Part shown: positions 52,501 through 60,910 of the stretch, in pieces
Position numbering within the stretch: the stretch's first letter is position 1
Layout of the letters: each line of letters begins with the position of its first letter
NCBI GenBank assembly: GCA_022451235.1
Contig: JAKUOA010000001.1
Span: 40,401-104,400, forward strand
Direction: 5' to 3'
Length of the DNA stretch: 64,000 nucleotides
Origin: Candidatus Thalassarchaeum sp.
Lineage (GTDB): Archaea; Thermoplasmatota; Poseidoniia; Poseidoniales; Thalassarchaeaceae
Made by a program: the position numbers and the translations under genes
Notes under the pieces: model-generated
The model's input: the letters and a program-made list of their open reading frames with translations, nothing else
The model's database searches: none
What the model was told of the DNA's origin: nothing

Positions 52501-53037
52501 CCAATTGTTGATTCTCTCGCTACAATCGCCCCAAAGTACGGTTAGATTTCCTGGAACCATTGGCCCTCCTACGAATCGAATGTTTTGTTGATAGTATACA
52601 ACATCGTTAACACCGTCGCCGTCTACATCGGCAACATAGACTCTGGTTCCGTCGGCTGTATCCCTGAATCCAGCACGGAACGAATCGTTGTTTGATATGA
52701 AGACGTCCTGCCTGTCTCCAAATCCTCCATTACCATCATTGTAAAGTGCCGTAATGAAGTGACCCATTGAACTGGCCGATACTATATCGTTATCATCATC
52801 GCAGTCAATATCTCCTATGGAAATGAAAGAGGGGTCTCTCTGTACGGCATAGTCGGTAATGTGGGATGCTGATACAGATGGAACCAATGACAACATTGGT
52901 GAACTTAACATCAGCATAACCAAGAAAATCGCTATTCGACCTTCTTTGGATTCGTTTCGGGCGTTCTTAGACAGGGACATCATGACTTCGCCGAATTTCA
53001 TTTCATTATTATGCCTAATGGGGAGATGTTTTTCCAA
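46552..53037 (-). CDS. Giant (about 2160 aa) surface protein: FG-GAP/VCBS repeats, jelly-roll (MAM / choice-of-anchor-J-like) modules, C-terminal TM and a Q/Y-rich cytoplasmic tail
   Basis: Signal-like IAIFLVMLMLSSPMLSLVPSVSA. FG-GAP-type Ca loops are DIDCDDDNDIV, ADVDGDGVNDVV, EDIDGDGDADIVM, DTNDDGEVDLIA and DVNRDGHMDFF. There are two modules ending GLDGFAFDNISI and GLAGFAVDNIRI. TM helix IMFAAIGLILVLAIVGVTLVVV. The ORF opens at TTG 53037. ATG 53001 (MKFGEV) is a plausible start. Confidence 0.85.
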   Translation of the reverse strand: MEKHLPIRHNNEMKFGEVMMSLSKNARNESKEGRIAIFLVMLMLSSPMLSLVPSVSASHITDYAVQRDPSFISIGDIDCDDDNDIVSASSMGHFITALYNDGNGGFGDRQDVFISNNDSFRAGFRDTADGTRVYVADVDGDGVNDVVYYQQNIRFVGGPMVPGNLTVLWGDCSERINNWNPSEAITVSNPYLQDMDVEDIDGDGDADIVMSVVDPTFTNNYINIYKGPDPTQITAQQTIPVPLTNGLHTNLILGHWGEDVLGGGGLPGGGVGDCEDLDIWLLRSPPYNTGVGFSNGHYDNMTVLEYDCTLGTYPNPLDATASGVHNFKLDADHNYPLYGIDISDTNDDGEVDLIAAVDGITGNISYATRSGSSWNTQNYVPLGDYLGASLTIADVNRDGHMDFFVPTEVTLTRLQDSTAQNQTYLLVDNLREINTVEIILGNPNGNGYLSSLSFDVGRRPTMAVPGQLAGGENSAYEIAIGQRDRSYRFANSAMWLDTQGWAGAGDFLSVLSLDNEDVGITEVSIAPAAYDPATGAAMIGEGNRFVNLTVKNTGLNPISGSVDVDLEVKEVLDGIDTLVYSNDFEGNIDNTNCPACSIALKSYTGEYSEGSSSWHEEWNASTDSNGSATDDWWEADRNPTTYMWAGMDHNDQDNDSGYYNNMDEAFIIENVDLTGADAAYLDLDLFCSAAFFELYLAEQYAVVERWLYEDSCGIEVWSDGNGWEQVFFTGGWDNERYFRLIGLGYDPEYNTYNGNFYTETVTTWTSYSGDDAIDLTRYAGEVVDIRFRFRSGLMGSVGPDGSSQETGLDGFAFDNISIRKTDVIFGTEEVVSQTLSFSDFAAGATEEVTLNADFIDNRTYYIKTELTNPSGFDNADATNDEVKFQITVKNLFDPGVAEEPWISLENGLRYASGDRDIEIRVQNFGNTLTDFQLETVVKNALPDLIAIEDFSGLEPIWEDDGNMNGSRLDDTNGDHPMLPQSRGVFNSFAYWLGDPDTGYGDNWDETLTLDPFPVASGGTDFTYLTFDYFAEGDFLSDQQGNILAIRDAAGLEIEWSKGGEIYSGTVWGSWTDLNENGLRPFQDGSGLGACEDFDNNGRYDEVEYMGDHSDRYESVVWFDSESLVKSVIIDMTHITLLNQTSNDTFEWRTECTDLSGSEVTLTWRFQSNDDGVNGNAGLAGFAVDNIRIDEFTFEDDGTYINDVNGLDASEREDVTVATHDFKSGIYRIDATTLFNSTIEDTSWYNKTEITTANNHTQIIFSIASADITLMQPNVLDCVSDITYKCVYTYDSVSQHSFTVPLLNGVIAGEYEVNMKIVDMTTGQTVYEQPADNGPFDLEAHARDFANWTAPYNGWYDGHQYNISFYAILTEDGESSGNDRFFEIEFFDTVDVAILSNPTDQNRLQRVKQDLESMGMTYTQLSVNDWDRYATENWMSHYEKILLPWQTDYNVEYGQYYETLASTRESDGLSVTEVLEAYMVNGGTVQIHLGPYRNEYQPNRLPFGMDIAMRNQWNNTVTNDDLVIVDAYHPLMNNVDTAAFAGVHGGAYVALAGLDTAQVQFDQIPQVCGGRISDPTGTFHTLMRSESFDSQSLLSICNRGAGGMIVTTLDVENPSFSQPFSGTSMPLLSNMLDYQVTPYPSNFGIAGDGFDLTVNGEAPSIDTVTGAYATMYIKSNSELDFSFLTSDSSLADGIIADWTLQSTDMNESVTGWEGEIIDFGEISHIRQNSASIPALGSFCVGDSSSTTGCRIGAEWLLTLYLHDDEGHTRITYINLVTDDTLADEFRPNADLQLIEDSVTDEYVSLEGSKTVGGIDWPIYRVRLTDSGDISLSFDSSASSDDDAPEGERGIEMFEYRVFFDYPVDSSNPTLEGHNFQVPNAAGGDMWNYVFRNMTSDGTLENQIRLELIVYDRAGKQSEKARIYFIVVGEDFGDEPPVVDITSPRSTDSQSQDLVTINGIVESGAENGVLIEVALDSAHLDLTPSPKATQKALGKYNSTGPALLADGDTFTITLNIADLYLETSGTQVTIYWRVVEGDGSRYTLDDQFKIDLLPRSSDPCALNPSSDGCESESGSTDVIMFAAIGLILVLAIVGVTLVVVRSRGKSDDGQDTVEQFGGVEQMDPVEAYVQQMVGQGYDEATARQYAEQYYAAYYAQQEQGGGN

Positions 53038-53070
53038 CCCCTATGGGGTTGATGGGTTTAATCAGTATAA

Positions 53071-53697
53071 TTAGTTCGCTTCGAGCCAACTGGGATTTGG
53101 AGCGTATTGAGTCTCGGAACCACCGTGTATTCGCTCCAATTTACCGAGAAGCCAAAGCCTGTCTAGGAACATCTGTAACTCTAATCCTGAACGGTTAATT
53201 CGCTCCCCCAATAAACTCTCTATTGAGCCTACTGAAAGAGAGGTGTGACCGTGTTCACGAACCACTAGAGTCATGACTAACTGAATCCAAGATTCCGCCA
53301 TTGGATCGCCAGACATGTTATCGGATAGAGGCTCGGGGTTTTCTTCCAATTCTTCCAAAAATAAGCTAATCTCTGCTAGGTTCGGTTCGCTTCTCTCAGG
53401 GACGCCTAACTCTGCAACTCCGGCATCTATGTCAAGGTCTCCGACGACTCTGACAATGGATGGTAATCGACTTGGGTCGGGGGGTGGCCCCGGTAATTCT
53501 CTAGCCTCTTTGACAGGTGTAGAGCCATCAGAGGTTCCTGAACTTGAGGAAATAACCGATTGTGTGTATCCGATATCCCCTTCGAGGCCTATTCTTTCCC
53601 GATATAGGTTAACCCAAGACGGAGGGCCTTGGATTACAACTTCTACTTCATGCTCGTTTGAGCGGAAGGAGAAGCGGATGTTTTCCTCGTCAGACAT
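53071..53697 (-). CDS. Hypothetical acidic protein
   Basis: Start set at ATG 53697 (MSDEENIRFSF), 31 nt after the aconitase stop. The longer ORF to 53796 would overlap aconitase. No recognisable motif. Confidence 0.55.
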   Translation of the reverse strand: MSDEENIRFSFRSNEHEVEVVIQGPPSWVNLYRERIGLEGDIGYTQSVISSSSGTSDGSTPVKEARELPGPPPDPSRLPSIVRVVGDLDIDAGVAELGVPERSEPNLAEISLFLEELEENPEPLSDNMSGDPMAESWIQLVMTLVVREHGHTSLSVGSIESLLGERINRSGLELQMFLDRLWLLGKLERIHGGSETQYAPNPSWLEAN

Positions 53698-53728
53698 GTA
53701 ATCACCGGCTAAGTTATCAGATTTCAAT

Positions 53729-56413
53729 TCAAGTATTTGCCAAATTGCGCAAAACGGCCTGAAGGATTCCACCATTTCGGTAATAGTCGACCTCAACAGG
53801 CGTGTCTAGTCTTACGACTGCATCGAATTCGATAACCTCTCCACTTTCCTTCGTCGCTTTGACGGTTATGGAGGATAGCGGAATTAGGTCAGCAGTAGCA
53901 GGAATGTCAAAAGTCTCAGTTCCATCAAGACCCAAAGAATCTGCGTTATCCCCCTCAGGGAAGGTCAATGGAAGCACCCCCATACCAACTAGATTGGAAC
54001 GATGAATTCGCTCAAAGGAGGTTGCAATTACTGCCTTAACACCAAGGAGAAGAGTGCCTTTGGCGGCCCAGTCTCTGCTACTACCGGTACCATATTGAGT
54101 ACCCGCTAAGACCACCAAAGGAGTTCCTTCAGCTTGGTATCTCATGCTTGCATCGAATACTGAGATTACTTCATCGGTTGGGAAATGAGTAGTGAATCCG
54201 CCTTCGGTCCCATGAGCTATATGATTACGAATTCGAACATTAGCAAAAGTTCCTCTCATCATCACTTCATGGTTACCTCGACGACTACCAAAGGAGTTGA
54301 AATCTCGAGGTTCTACACCCTTCGAAATGAGGTATTGGCCCGCTGGCCCATGGTGGGGGAATGCGCCGGCTGGACTAATATGATCCGTGGTAACAGAATC
54401 TCCTAACTTGAGCAGAACTTTAGCTCCGTGAATAGGCTCTATTGGAGCAGGTTCAGGTAGGATTCCTTCAAAGAAAGACGGGAGGCGAACATAAGTTGAT
54501 TCATCGGCCCAAGGATATAAGGCGGATTCAGAACTACTAATCGCGTCCCATCGAGGTTCCTGCAGAACATCTGAGTAGCGTCTTCGGAACATTTCAGGGT
54601 CGATTGAATTAGCTATGGTTTGCTTTATTTCATCATCACTCGGCCATATGTCGGCTAGCATCACTGGGCCATTTGGGCCGTTACCAACCGGGTCTGTCTC
54701 AAAATCGACATCTAGTGTTCCTGCAATTGCATAAGCAACTACTAGAGGAGGGCTTGCGAGATAATTTGCTTTGACCTTCTGGTGTATTCTCCCCTCAAAA
54801 TTTCGATTTCCTGAAAGTACACTTCCAACAATCAAATCCGCCTCATCAATTGCTGCTTCAATATCGGCGTCCAGGGGTCCCGAATTTCCGATACAGGTTG
54901 TGCATCCATATCCAACGACACTGAAACCGAGTGAATCTAAATCCTCAGTAAGTCCAGCCGCATCAAAATACTCGGTGACTACTCGAGAACCAGGCGCCAA
55001 GCTTGGTTTTACACTTGGTGCAATTGTTAAGCCCGCTTGTCTGGCTTTTCTTGCCAGTAAACCAGCGGCAATCATTACACTTGGATTACTGGTGTTGGTA
55101 CAACTCGTAATTGCGGCGATTACGATATCACCGTGTTTCAAATCAACCCCTCTAGAGCCAACTTTAGCAGAGGAATCATTGTTGCTTTCATGAATGCCAT
55201 GTCCACTATGTCCAACAGGTGCATTTAGACTTGTTTTCCAATGGTTTTTCATAGCTGAAAGATCGACCCTGTCTTGAGGCCTTTTAGGACCAGCCAATGC
55301 GGGTTCTACGGTCGATAAATCGAGCGATAGATTACTTGTAAAGGAAGGAGTTGGAGTTTCCAATGTATGGAACATTCCTTGAGCTGAAAGATAGCGTTTA
55401 ACATCCTCAATATGAGACTCTTCTCTACCAGAAAGTCGCATGTAATCTAGCGTAGTTTCATCGACTGGAAAGAATCCGCATGTCGCTCCATATTCAGGAG
55501 CCATGTTGGCAATTGTTGCCCTGTCGGGAAGACTTAGGTTTGCGAGTCCAGAACCATGAAATTCTACAAACTTTCCAACCACACCATGAGCCCTCAACAT
55601 CTCCACTATTCTGAGTGTCATATCGGTGGCTGTAACTCCAGGTCTGAGAGAGCCTATTAACTCAAAACCACAAACTTCGGGAAGAAGCATGTAAATTGGT
55701 TGACCTAGCATTACCGCCTCAGCCTCAATTCCACCAACGCCCCAACCTAAAACTCCGAGTCCGTTGATCATAGTTGTGTGACTATCTGTACCAACTAAAG
55801 TGTCGGGTAACCAAACACCATTTTCATCTCTAGCTACGCTAGCAATCCACTCTAGATTTACTTGGTGAACAATCCCCCTTCCGGGAGGTACTGCACGGAA
55901 ATTGTCCAAACTTTGCTGACCCCATTTAAGGAATTCATAGCGCTCCATATTTCGTTGGTATTCAATCTCCAAATTTCTCTCTCTTGCATCTGGGAATAAC
56001 CCGGATACATCAACCTGAACGGAATGATCGATAACCAAATCGACAGGAACTTGTGGATTTACTTTCTCAGGATCTCCGCCCAACTCTACCATTGCGTCCC
56101 TGAGGGCAGCAATATCGACAACAGCAGGTACTCCCGTGAAGTCCTGTAAAATCACCCGACTTGGTGAGAATGGAATTTCTTCAGGAGTCATTGTAGGTGA
56201 CCAAGATGCGATGCGTTCAACATCTTCACGAGTAATGAGGAAACCATCGCACTTTCGCAATGCGGCTTCCAACAATAATCGAATTGTGAAGGGAAGAGAA
56301 TCAAGGTCACAGAGACCTAATTCTTGCAGATGGGAAAGTGAGTGAAAGTCGGCTTCAGTACCGTCAGATTTGCTAAATGATCTCAGGGAATCAAAGCCTT
56401 CTGAATCCTTCAT
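53729..56413 (-). CDS. acnA: Aconitate hydratase A (AcnA/IRP type)
   Basis: 894 aa. [60 protein letters not shown] and [12 protein letters not shown]. Confidence 0.95.
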   Translation of the reverse strand: MKDSEGFDSLRSFSKSDGTEADFHSLSHLQELGLCDLDSLPFTIRLLLEAALRKCDGFLITREDVERIASWSPTMTPEEIPFSPSRVILQDFTGVPAVVDIAALRDAMVELGGDPEKVNPQVPVDLVIDHSVQVDVSGLFPDARERNLEIEYQRNMERYEFLKWGQQSLDNFRAVPPGRGIVHQVNLEWIASVARDENGVWLPDTLVGTDSHTTMINGLGVLGWGVGGIEAEAVMLGQPIYMLLPEVCGFELIGSLRPGVTATDMTLRIVEMLRAHGVVGKFVEFHGSGLANLSLPDRATIANMAPEYGATCGFFPVDETTLDYMRLSGREESHIEDVKRYLSAQGMFHTLETPTPSFTSNLSLDLSTVEPALAGPKRPQDRVDLSAMKNHWKTSLNAPVGHSGHGIHESNNDSSAKVGSRGVDLKHGDIVIAAITSCTNTSNPSVMIAAGLLARKARQAGLTIAPSVKPSLAPGSRVVTEYFDAAGLTEDLDSLGFSVVGYGCTTCIGNSGPLDADIEAAIDEADLIVGSVLSGNRNFEGRIHQKVKANYLASPPLVVAYAIAGTLDVDFETDPVGNGPNGPVMLADIWPSDDEIKQTIANSIDPEMFRRRYSDVLQEPRWDAISSSESALYPWADESTYVRLPSFFEGILPEPAPIEPIHGAKVLLKLGDSVTTDHISPAGAFPHHGPAGQYLISKGVEPRDFNSFGSRRGNHEVMMRGTFANVRIRNHIAHGTEGGFTTHFPTDEVISVFDASMRYQAEGTPLVVLAGTQYGTGSSRDWAAKGTLLLGVKAVIATSFERIHRSNLVGMGVLPLTFPEGDNADSLGLDGTETFDIPATADLIPLSSITVKATKESGEVIEFDAVVRLDTPVEVDYYRNGGILQAVLRNLANT

Positions 56414-56503
56414 CCCAATACCTCTTGATTTAGTGGGTTAGGGAACCCTCCATCAATGTGACTATTGGAAGTATTCTATCCGATAGCCGAGGTTATGGCA
56501 ATA

Positions 56504-57559
56504 TCAATTTCTGTAGGCCTGAATTAGTCGAACATCCTCAACCGGCTTGTCGTTGCTACCAGTTGATACTTCGCTAATCGCATCAACGTGGTCCATTCCC
56601 GAAGTCACCATTCCGAATACCGTGTGAACACCGTCAAGGTGACTTGGTGTACTATCGGATGGAACAATGTAAAATTGGCTACCAGCAGTATTGGGTGCAG
56701 AGGTCTTTGCCATTGCAATTACATTTGGTTCGTGCAAGAGGCCGTTATCCGCCTCGTCAGGTACAGTCCAATCATCTCTTGGACAATTTTCAGAGGTGTA
56801 AATTTCTCCATTGCTTCCAGATATCTGTCCATTACAGTAACCATACCAAACTCCTGCATAGCCACCTGCGCCATTCATGTCATCAATGTCTCCACCTTGA
56901 ATCATAAATCCGTCAATTATACGATGGAAGATTGTTGAGTCATATATTCCATTGTCGACTAGATACAGGAAGTTCTCTACGTGCTTCGGTGCTTCTGAGG
57001 CATACAATTGTATGACGATTTCCCCCTCTACGCGAGAATTTGGATCATCAGGGTGAATATATGAGACTTGTAGGGTAACTTCGGTACTTTCCAATGGCTG
57101 TTCAAGCGACTCTCCTGCAAATTTGAAGGCAACTAAGAACACCATTATCCCTACAAATACGGCAGCAAGTCCTGCTGGTGTTGGATTTCCATCATCGAAT
57201 AACTGCAAACCTTTGCCCAATGAAATCGATTGCTCGTCCATCATCGATGCTAATTTATTCTGAGCACGACGGATATCTTTGTTTGATGGTTCGAGTTTTA
57301 ACGCGCGTTGGTAGCTATTGTGCGCATCTTGCCAATGCATTTTGCGATTGCCCATGTCAATATCGCCTTTGGCAATCTTTGCCTCGGCCGCCAAGGAAAT
57401 TACCTGTACCTTCTGAGAGTTATTTTCAGTTGCACCCCATGCTTCGGTTCTAAGTAGTTCCAGAGCATTATCTACGTCTCCGGAATCAATCATCGATTTG
57501 GCTCGGGACAGGGCGTCCTTCAGAGCGCTCGGTCCTGTAGGCATAGGCCCGCCGAACAC
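56504..57559 (-). CDS. Membrane-anchored cyclophilin-type peptidyl-prolyl isomerase with a TPR-like N-terminal region
   Basis: C-terminal cyclophilin motifs FHRIIDGFMIQGGD, SQFYIV and HTVFGMV. Central TM LAAVFVGIMVFLVAFKF. N-terminal helical repeats (AHNSYQRALKLEPSNKD). Confidence 0.85.
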   Translation of the reverse strand: MFGGPMPTGPSALKDALSRAKSMIDSGDVDNALELLRTEAWGATENNSQKVQVISLAAEAKIAKGDIDMGNRKMHWQDAHNSYQRALKLEPSNKDIRRAQNKLASMMDEQSISLGKGLQLFDDGNPTPAGLAAVFVGIMVFLVAFKFAGESLEQPLESTEVTLQVSYIHPDDPNSRVEGEIVIQLYASEAPKHVENFLYLVDNGIYDSTIFHRIIDGFMIQGGDIDDMNGAGGYAGVWYGYCNGQISGSNGEIYTSENCPRDDWTVPDEADNGLLHEPNVIAMAKTSAPNTAGSQFYIVPSDSTPSHLDGVHTVFGMVTSGMDHVDAISEVSTGSNDKPVEDVRLIQAYRN

Positions 57560-57737
57560 ACACCCCTTGAAAACCGCAACGGATAGGAAATCAAACCTTA
57601 GAGCGTGATTATGACTGTATCATGACTTTGGGATTGAGGAATTACGGAACGGGAACGGCTAATACCGGAATTAACACGCCGCACGTTGCGCAAGCATACC
57701 GCATGTGCACACAGACCCCCCCTGGAGACCTCAAACG

Positions 57738-59540
57738 ATGGCAAATACCGTCAACGATTTCACAGTCAATATTGCAACTGCAAATGGAACAGGGTCGCAG
57801 TCTGCGAACCTGATTCTACTTCATTCCATGTTTGAAATGGGAGTCCCTGTCAGTGGGAAGAATCTATTCCCAAGCAACATATCTGGTCTACCAACTTGGT
57901 TTATCATTCGAGCTAGTGATGAGGGTTATCAGGCTCCGGGAGATATCACACACATTCAGGTTGTAATGAACAAGGATACTTGGCTGGCTGATGTGGAGAA
58001 GGCTGAGCCCGGGACAATTATCATCCACAATATGGATGTAAAACTACCAGTTGAAAGAGATGATTGCATTGTGCTTGGAATGCCAATGACAAAGATGGCT
58101 CGCTCAATTAATCCAAAACTTGCGAGAATGATTGCAAACATGTACTATGTCGGGGCACTTGCTGAAACTCTCGGTATCGAAGAATCAGCAATCGCTTCTG
58201 CTGTGGCTCAGCAATTCAAGGGTAAGGAAAGGGCAATTGAATTGAATCTCCAGGCGATTTCGGAGGGCAGGGATTTTGCTAGAGAAAACTGGAATTGTGA
58301 TATTGGTTACTCTGTTACTGCCCGAAATAAAGACCCAAACACATTCCTAATCGAAGGTAACGAAGCGGCGGCTTTGGGATGTATTTTCGGTGGAATCAAT
58401 ATGCTGTCTTGGTATCCTATTACCCCTTCTTCTTCACTTGCTGAATCAATTATTTCGTGGCTGCCAAAACTTCGTGAAGCGGAAGATGGTGGGGCTACTT
58501 GTGCAGTTATCCAAGCTGAAGATGAATTAGCAGCTGCCGGAATGGTAGTCGGAGCCGGTTGGGCTGGCGGAAGAGGAATGACATGTACCAGTGGCCCTGG
58601 TATTTCCTTGATGTCCGAATTCATTGGATTGGCTTACTTCGCAGAGGTTCCTGGCGTGATTTGGGATGTCAACCGAGTCGGGCCTTCAACCGGGTTGCCA
58701 ACCAGAACTCAGCAAGGTGACCTAACTTTGCTTTACGAAGCCAGCCATGGAGATACTCAACATATTGTGTTGATTCCAGGAACTGTCGATGAATGCTTCG
58801 AATTTGGCTGGCGGTCTTTTGACGTAGCAGAACAATTCCAGACTCTTGTATTCGGGTTCTCAGACTTAGATTTGGGAATGAACCGTTGGGTTACAGCAGG
58901 ATTCGAATACCCTAATCAGAAATTGGACAGAGGTAAGGTAATCAGGACTCAAGAACAACTCGATGCTATCGAGAATTTTGGCCGATATAGAGATGTAGAC
59001 GGAGATGGAATTCCATACCGAACTCTCCCTGGTAGCGGATTAGAGCCGATTCTTTACAGAGGAACTGGTCACGATGAAGATGGAGTATATTCGGAAGATC
59101 CTGAAGTATACGCTGCAACAGTGGCACGCTTGAAGCGTAAAATCGAGGGCTCAAGGGACAAACTTCCTGCTCCAGTTATGCGCGAGGAAAACGATAAGCA
59201 AGTGGGAATAATCTACTACGGGTCAGTCGAGAATACGATTACAGAAATAGACGATATTCTAGAATCAACTACCGGCATGAAGGTCAGCACTTGTAGAGTT
59301 AGAGCGCTACCATACCATTCAGAGGTAGAGCGCTTCATAGCAGAACATGACCAAGTGGTAGTCTTAGAAATCAACAGAGATGGACAACTATTCGGAATTC
59401 TTCGCAAAGAATTACCTGTTGAACACCTAAGCAAATTGCATTCCGTCGCCTTTAGTGATGGAATTCCTCCGCGGGCCCGGGTATATGCTGAGATGATATT
59501 GGAAACCTTGTCTGGCGATACAAAAGAGGTGATTGCATGA
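57738..59540 (+). CDS. 2-oxoacid:ferredoxin oxidoreductase, alpha (gamma-alpha fused) subunit
   Basis: N-terminal gamma-like FTVNIATANGTGSQSANLIL, then alpha-domain GNEAAALGCIFGGINMLSWYPITPSS and SGPGISLMSE. Start at MANTVNDF (57738). The ORF opens at 57705. Confidence 0.9.
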   Translation: MANTVNDFTVNIATANGTGSQSANLILLHSMFEMGVPVSGKNLFPSNISGLPTWFIIRASDEGYQAPGDITHIQVVMNKDTWLADVEKAEPGTIIIHNMDVKLPVERDDCIVLGMPMTKMARSINPKLARMIANMYYVGALAETLGIEESAIASAVAQQFKGKERAIELNLQAISEGRDFARENWNCDIGYSVTARNKDPNTFLIEGNEAAALGCIFGGINMLSWYPITPSSSLAESIISWLPKLREAEDGGATCAVIQAEDELAAAGMVVGAGWAGGRGMTCTSGPGISLMSEFIGLAYFAEVPGVIWDVNRVGPSTGLPTRTQQGDLTLLYEASHGDTQHIVLIPGTVDECFEFGWRSFDVAEQFQTLVFGFSDLDLGMNRWVTAGFEYPNQKLDRGKVIRTQEQLDAIENFGRYRDVDGDGIPYRTLPGSGLEPILYRGTGHDEDGVYSEDPEVYAATVARLKRKIEGSRDKLPAPVMREENDKQVGIIYYGSVENTITEIDDILESTTGMKVSTCRVRALPYHSEVERFIAEHDQVVVLEINRDGQLFGILRKELPVEHLSKLHSVAFSDGIPPRARVYAEMILETLSGDTKEVIA

Positions 59541-60574
59541 GTATGAGGCCGATTCAACTCAATGTTATCGACCTACCAAAGGCAGACTATACTGGAGGGC
59601 CTTCCTCTCTATGCCCTGGTTGTGGGCACGATCAAATTTCCAACGTAATCATCCAAGCCGCTTGGGAAAATGGTATTGCACCAGAAACAATTGCCAAGAT
59701 GTCGGGTATCGGGTGTTCTTCCAAGACTCCTGCTTACTTCCTAGGCAAGTCTCACGGATTCAACACAGTACACGGTAGAATGCCCTCGGTTACAACCGGT
59801 GCAAACATGGTCAACAAGGACCTCGCCTTCCTCGGTGTATCTGGCGACGGTGATACCGCTTCAATTGGAATTGGACAATTTATCCATGCGATTAGACGTA
59901 ATCTAAACATGGTCTACATTATCGAAAATAATGGAGTTTATGGACTGACAAAGGGTCAGTACTCTGCAACAGTGGAAAAGGGTTCGAAGAAAAAGAAGGG
60001 GGCAACCAACGAAAATCCTCCAATCGATCTTTGTAAGATGGCAATTAACCTTGGATGTGGCTTCGTAGCAAGGTCATTTTCGGGTTCAAAAAAGCAGTTA
60101 ACTGCACTCTTACGGGCCGCCTTATCGCACAAGGGAATGGCGGTAATCGATGTGATTTCACCTTGTGTTACTTTCGCAAATAATGATGAATCATACCGTT
60201 CTTACAACTACGTTAAGGGGAATGAAGAGGAACTTCATACCGTTGATTACATCCCACACTTTACTCCGATCGAAGAGGTAGAAGTTCCGGAAGGCCAATT
60301 CGAGGATATCAGCCTCTTTGATGGTTCAACCCTGAGATTAGAAACACTTGGGGAAGATCACGACCCAGGTAATCCGGTCGCTGCATTGGCAGCGATTCAT
60401 GAGGCTGAAGAAAATGAAAAGCACGTAACGGGACTTCTCTATTATGATTCAGAGATGAAGACTGCTGACGAGGCACTGGGCCTTACTGACACTCCTTTAG
60501 TAGATTTATCTGAGGATGAATTAAGGCCAAGTAAGGCAGCTCTGAAAGAACTCAACCAATCTTTCCGCGCTTGA
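59537..60574 (+). CDS. 2-oxoacid:ferredoxin oxidoreductase, beta (TPP-binding) subunit
   Basis: CPGCGH, GIGCSS, GDGDTASIG and ENNGVYGLTKGQ. ATGA overlap with the alpha subunit stop. Confidence 0.92.
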   Translation: MSMRPIQLNVIDLPKADYTGGPSSLCPGCGHDQISNVIIQAAWENGIAPETIAKMSGIGCSSKTPAYFLGKSHGFNTVHGRMPSVTTGANMVNKDLAFLGVSGDGDTASIGIGQFIHAIRRNLNMVYIIENNGVYGLTKGQYSATVEKGSKKKKGATNENPPIDLCKMAINLGCGFVARSFSGSKKQLTALLRAALSHKGMAVIDVISPCVTFANNDESYRSYNYVKGNEEELHTVDYIPHFTPIEEVEVPEGQFEDISLFDGSTLRLETLGEDHDPGNPVAALAAIHEAEENEKHVTGLLYYDSEMKTADEALGLTDTPLVDLSEDELRPSKAALKELNQSFRA

Positions 60575-60639
60575 GTAATTGAGTCGATAATCTATCGAGC
60601 GGTTTTGTTGAAATATACGACCCGACTCGGCGAGTCGCT

Positions 60640-60715
60640 AGTCCCTTAGTGTAGCGGTCCATCATATGGCACTCTGGATGCCATGACCCTGGTTCAAATC
60701 CGGGAGGGACTACCA
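60640..60715 (+). tRNA. tRNA-Gln (anticodon CUG), CCA encoded
   Basis: AGTCCCTTAGTGTAGCGGTCCATCATATGGCACTCTGGATGCCATGACCCTGGTTCAAATCCGGGAGGGACTACCA. Acceptor AGTCCCT/AGGGACT. Anticodon stem TGGCA/TGCCA with loop CTCTGGA. T-arm CCTGG-TTCAAAT-CCGGG. A TATA-like AAATATA sits about 25 nt upstream. Confidence 0.9.
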
Positions 60716-60721
60716 AACAAA

Positions 60722-60901
60722 TCACAGTGCACGGTTGAGTAATCTAGAAGCGAATGAAATCATTAGGATAATCATAAACCAAGCTACGGCATATCTAGCC
60801 CAAGGAGTCTCCTTCTTTGGTTCAGGAAAAGGGTCAATTCCAGCTTCTATAGCTTCTGCGAACAGAGCTAATTCTTCCTCAATAGTCTCGGGGTCTCTCA
60901 T
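60722..60901 (-). CDS. Candidate small tail-anchored protein (59 aa), below the ORF-track cutoff
   Basis: My own translation of the minus strand gives MRDPETIEEELALFAEAIEAGIDPFPEPKKETPWARYAVAWFMIILMISFASRLLNRAL. It starts 9 nt after the aldo-keto reductase stop. It has an acidic N-terminus and one C-terminal TM helix. Confidence 0.35.
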   Translation of the reverse strand: MRDPETIEEELALFAEAIEAGIDPFPEPKKETPWARYAVAWFMIILMISFASRLLNRAL

Positions 60902-60910
60902 TTCTATTCC

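Noticed and set aside
46709-52545. Numerous 60-120-aa plus-strand ORFs lie inside the giant gene. Similar antisense ORFs occur inside most long genes throughout the window.
   Set aside because: All lie antisense to, or out of frame with, long ORFs that have clear domain motifs. Their translations are low-complexity and lack motifs. They are treated as non-coding shadows.
56435-56448. GGGTTAGGGAACCC lies upstream of aconitase and resembles a half-site of the TTTAGG-N4-CCTAAA box. It could link aconitase to the iron regulon.
   Set aside because: It does not satisfy the TTTAGG-N4-CCTAAA pattern. It is only a 5-bp stem with a 4-nt loop, so the similarity is superficial.
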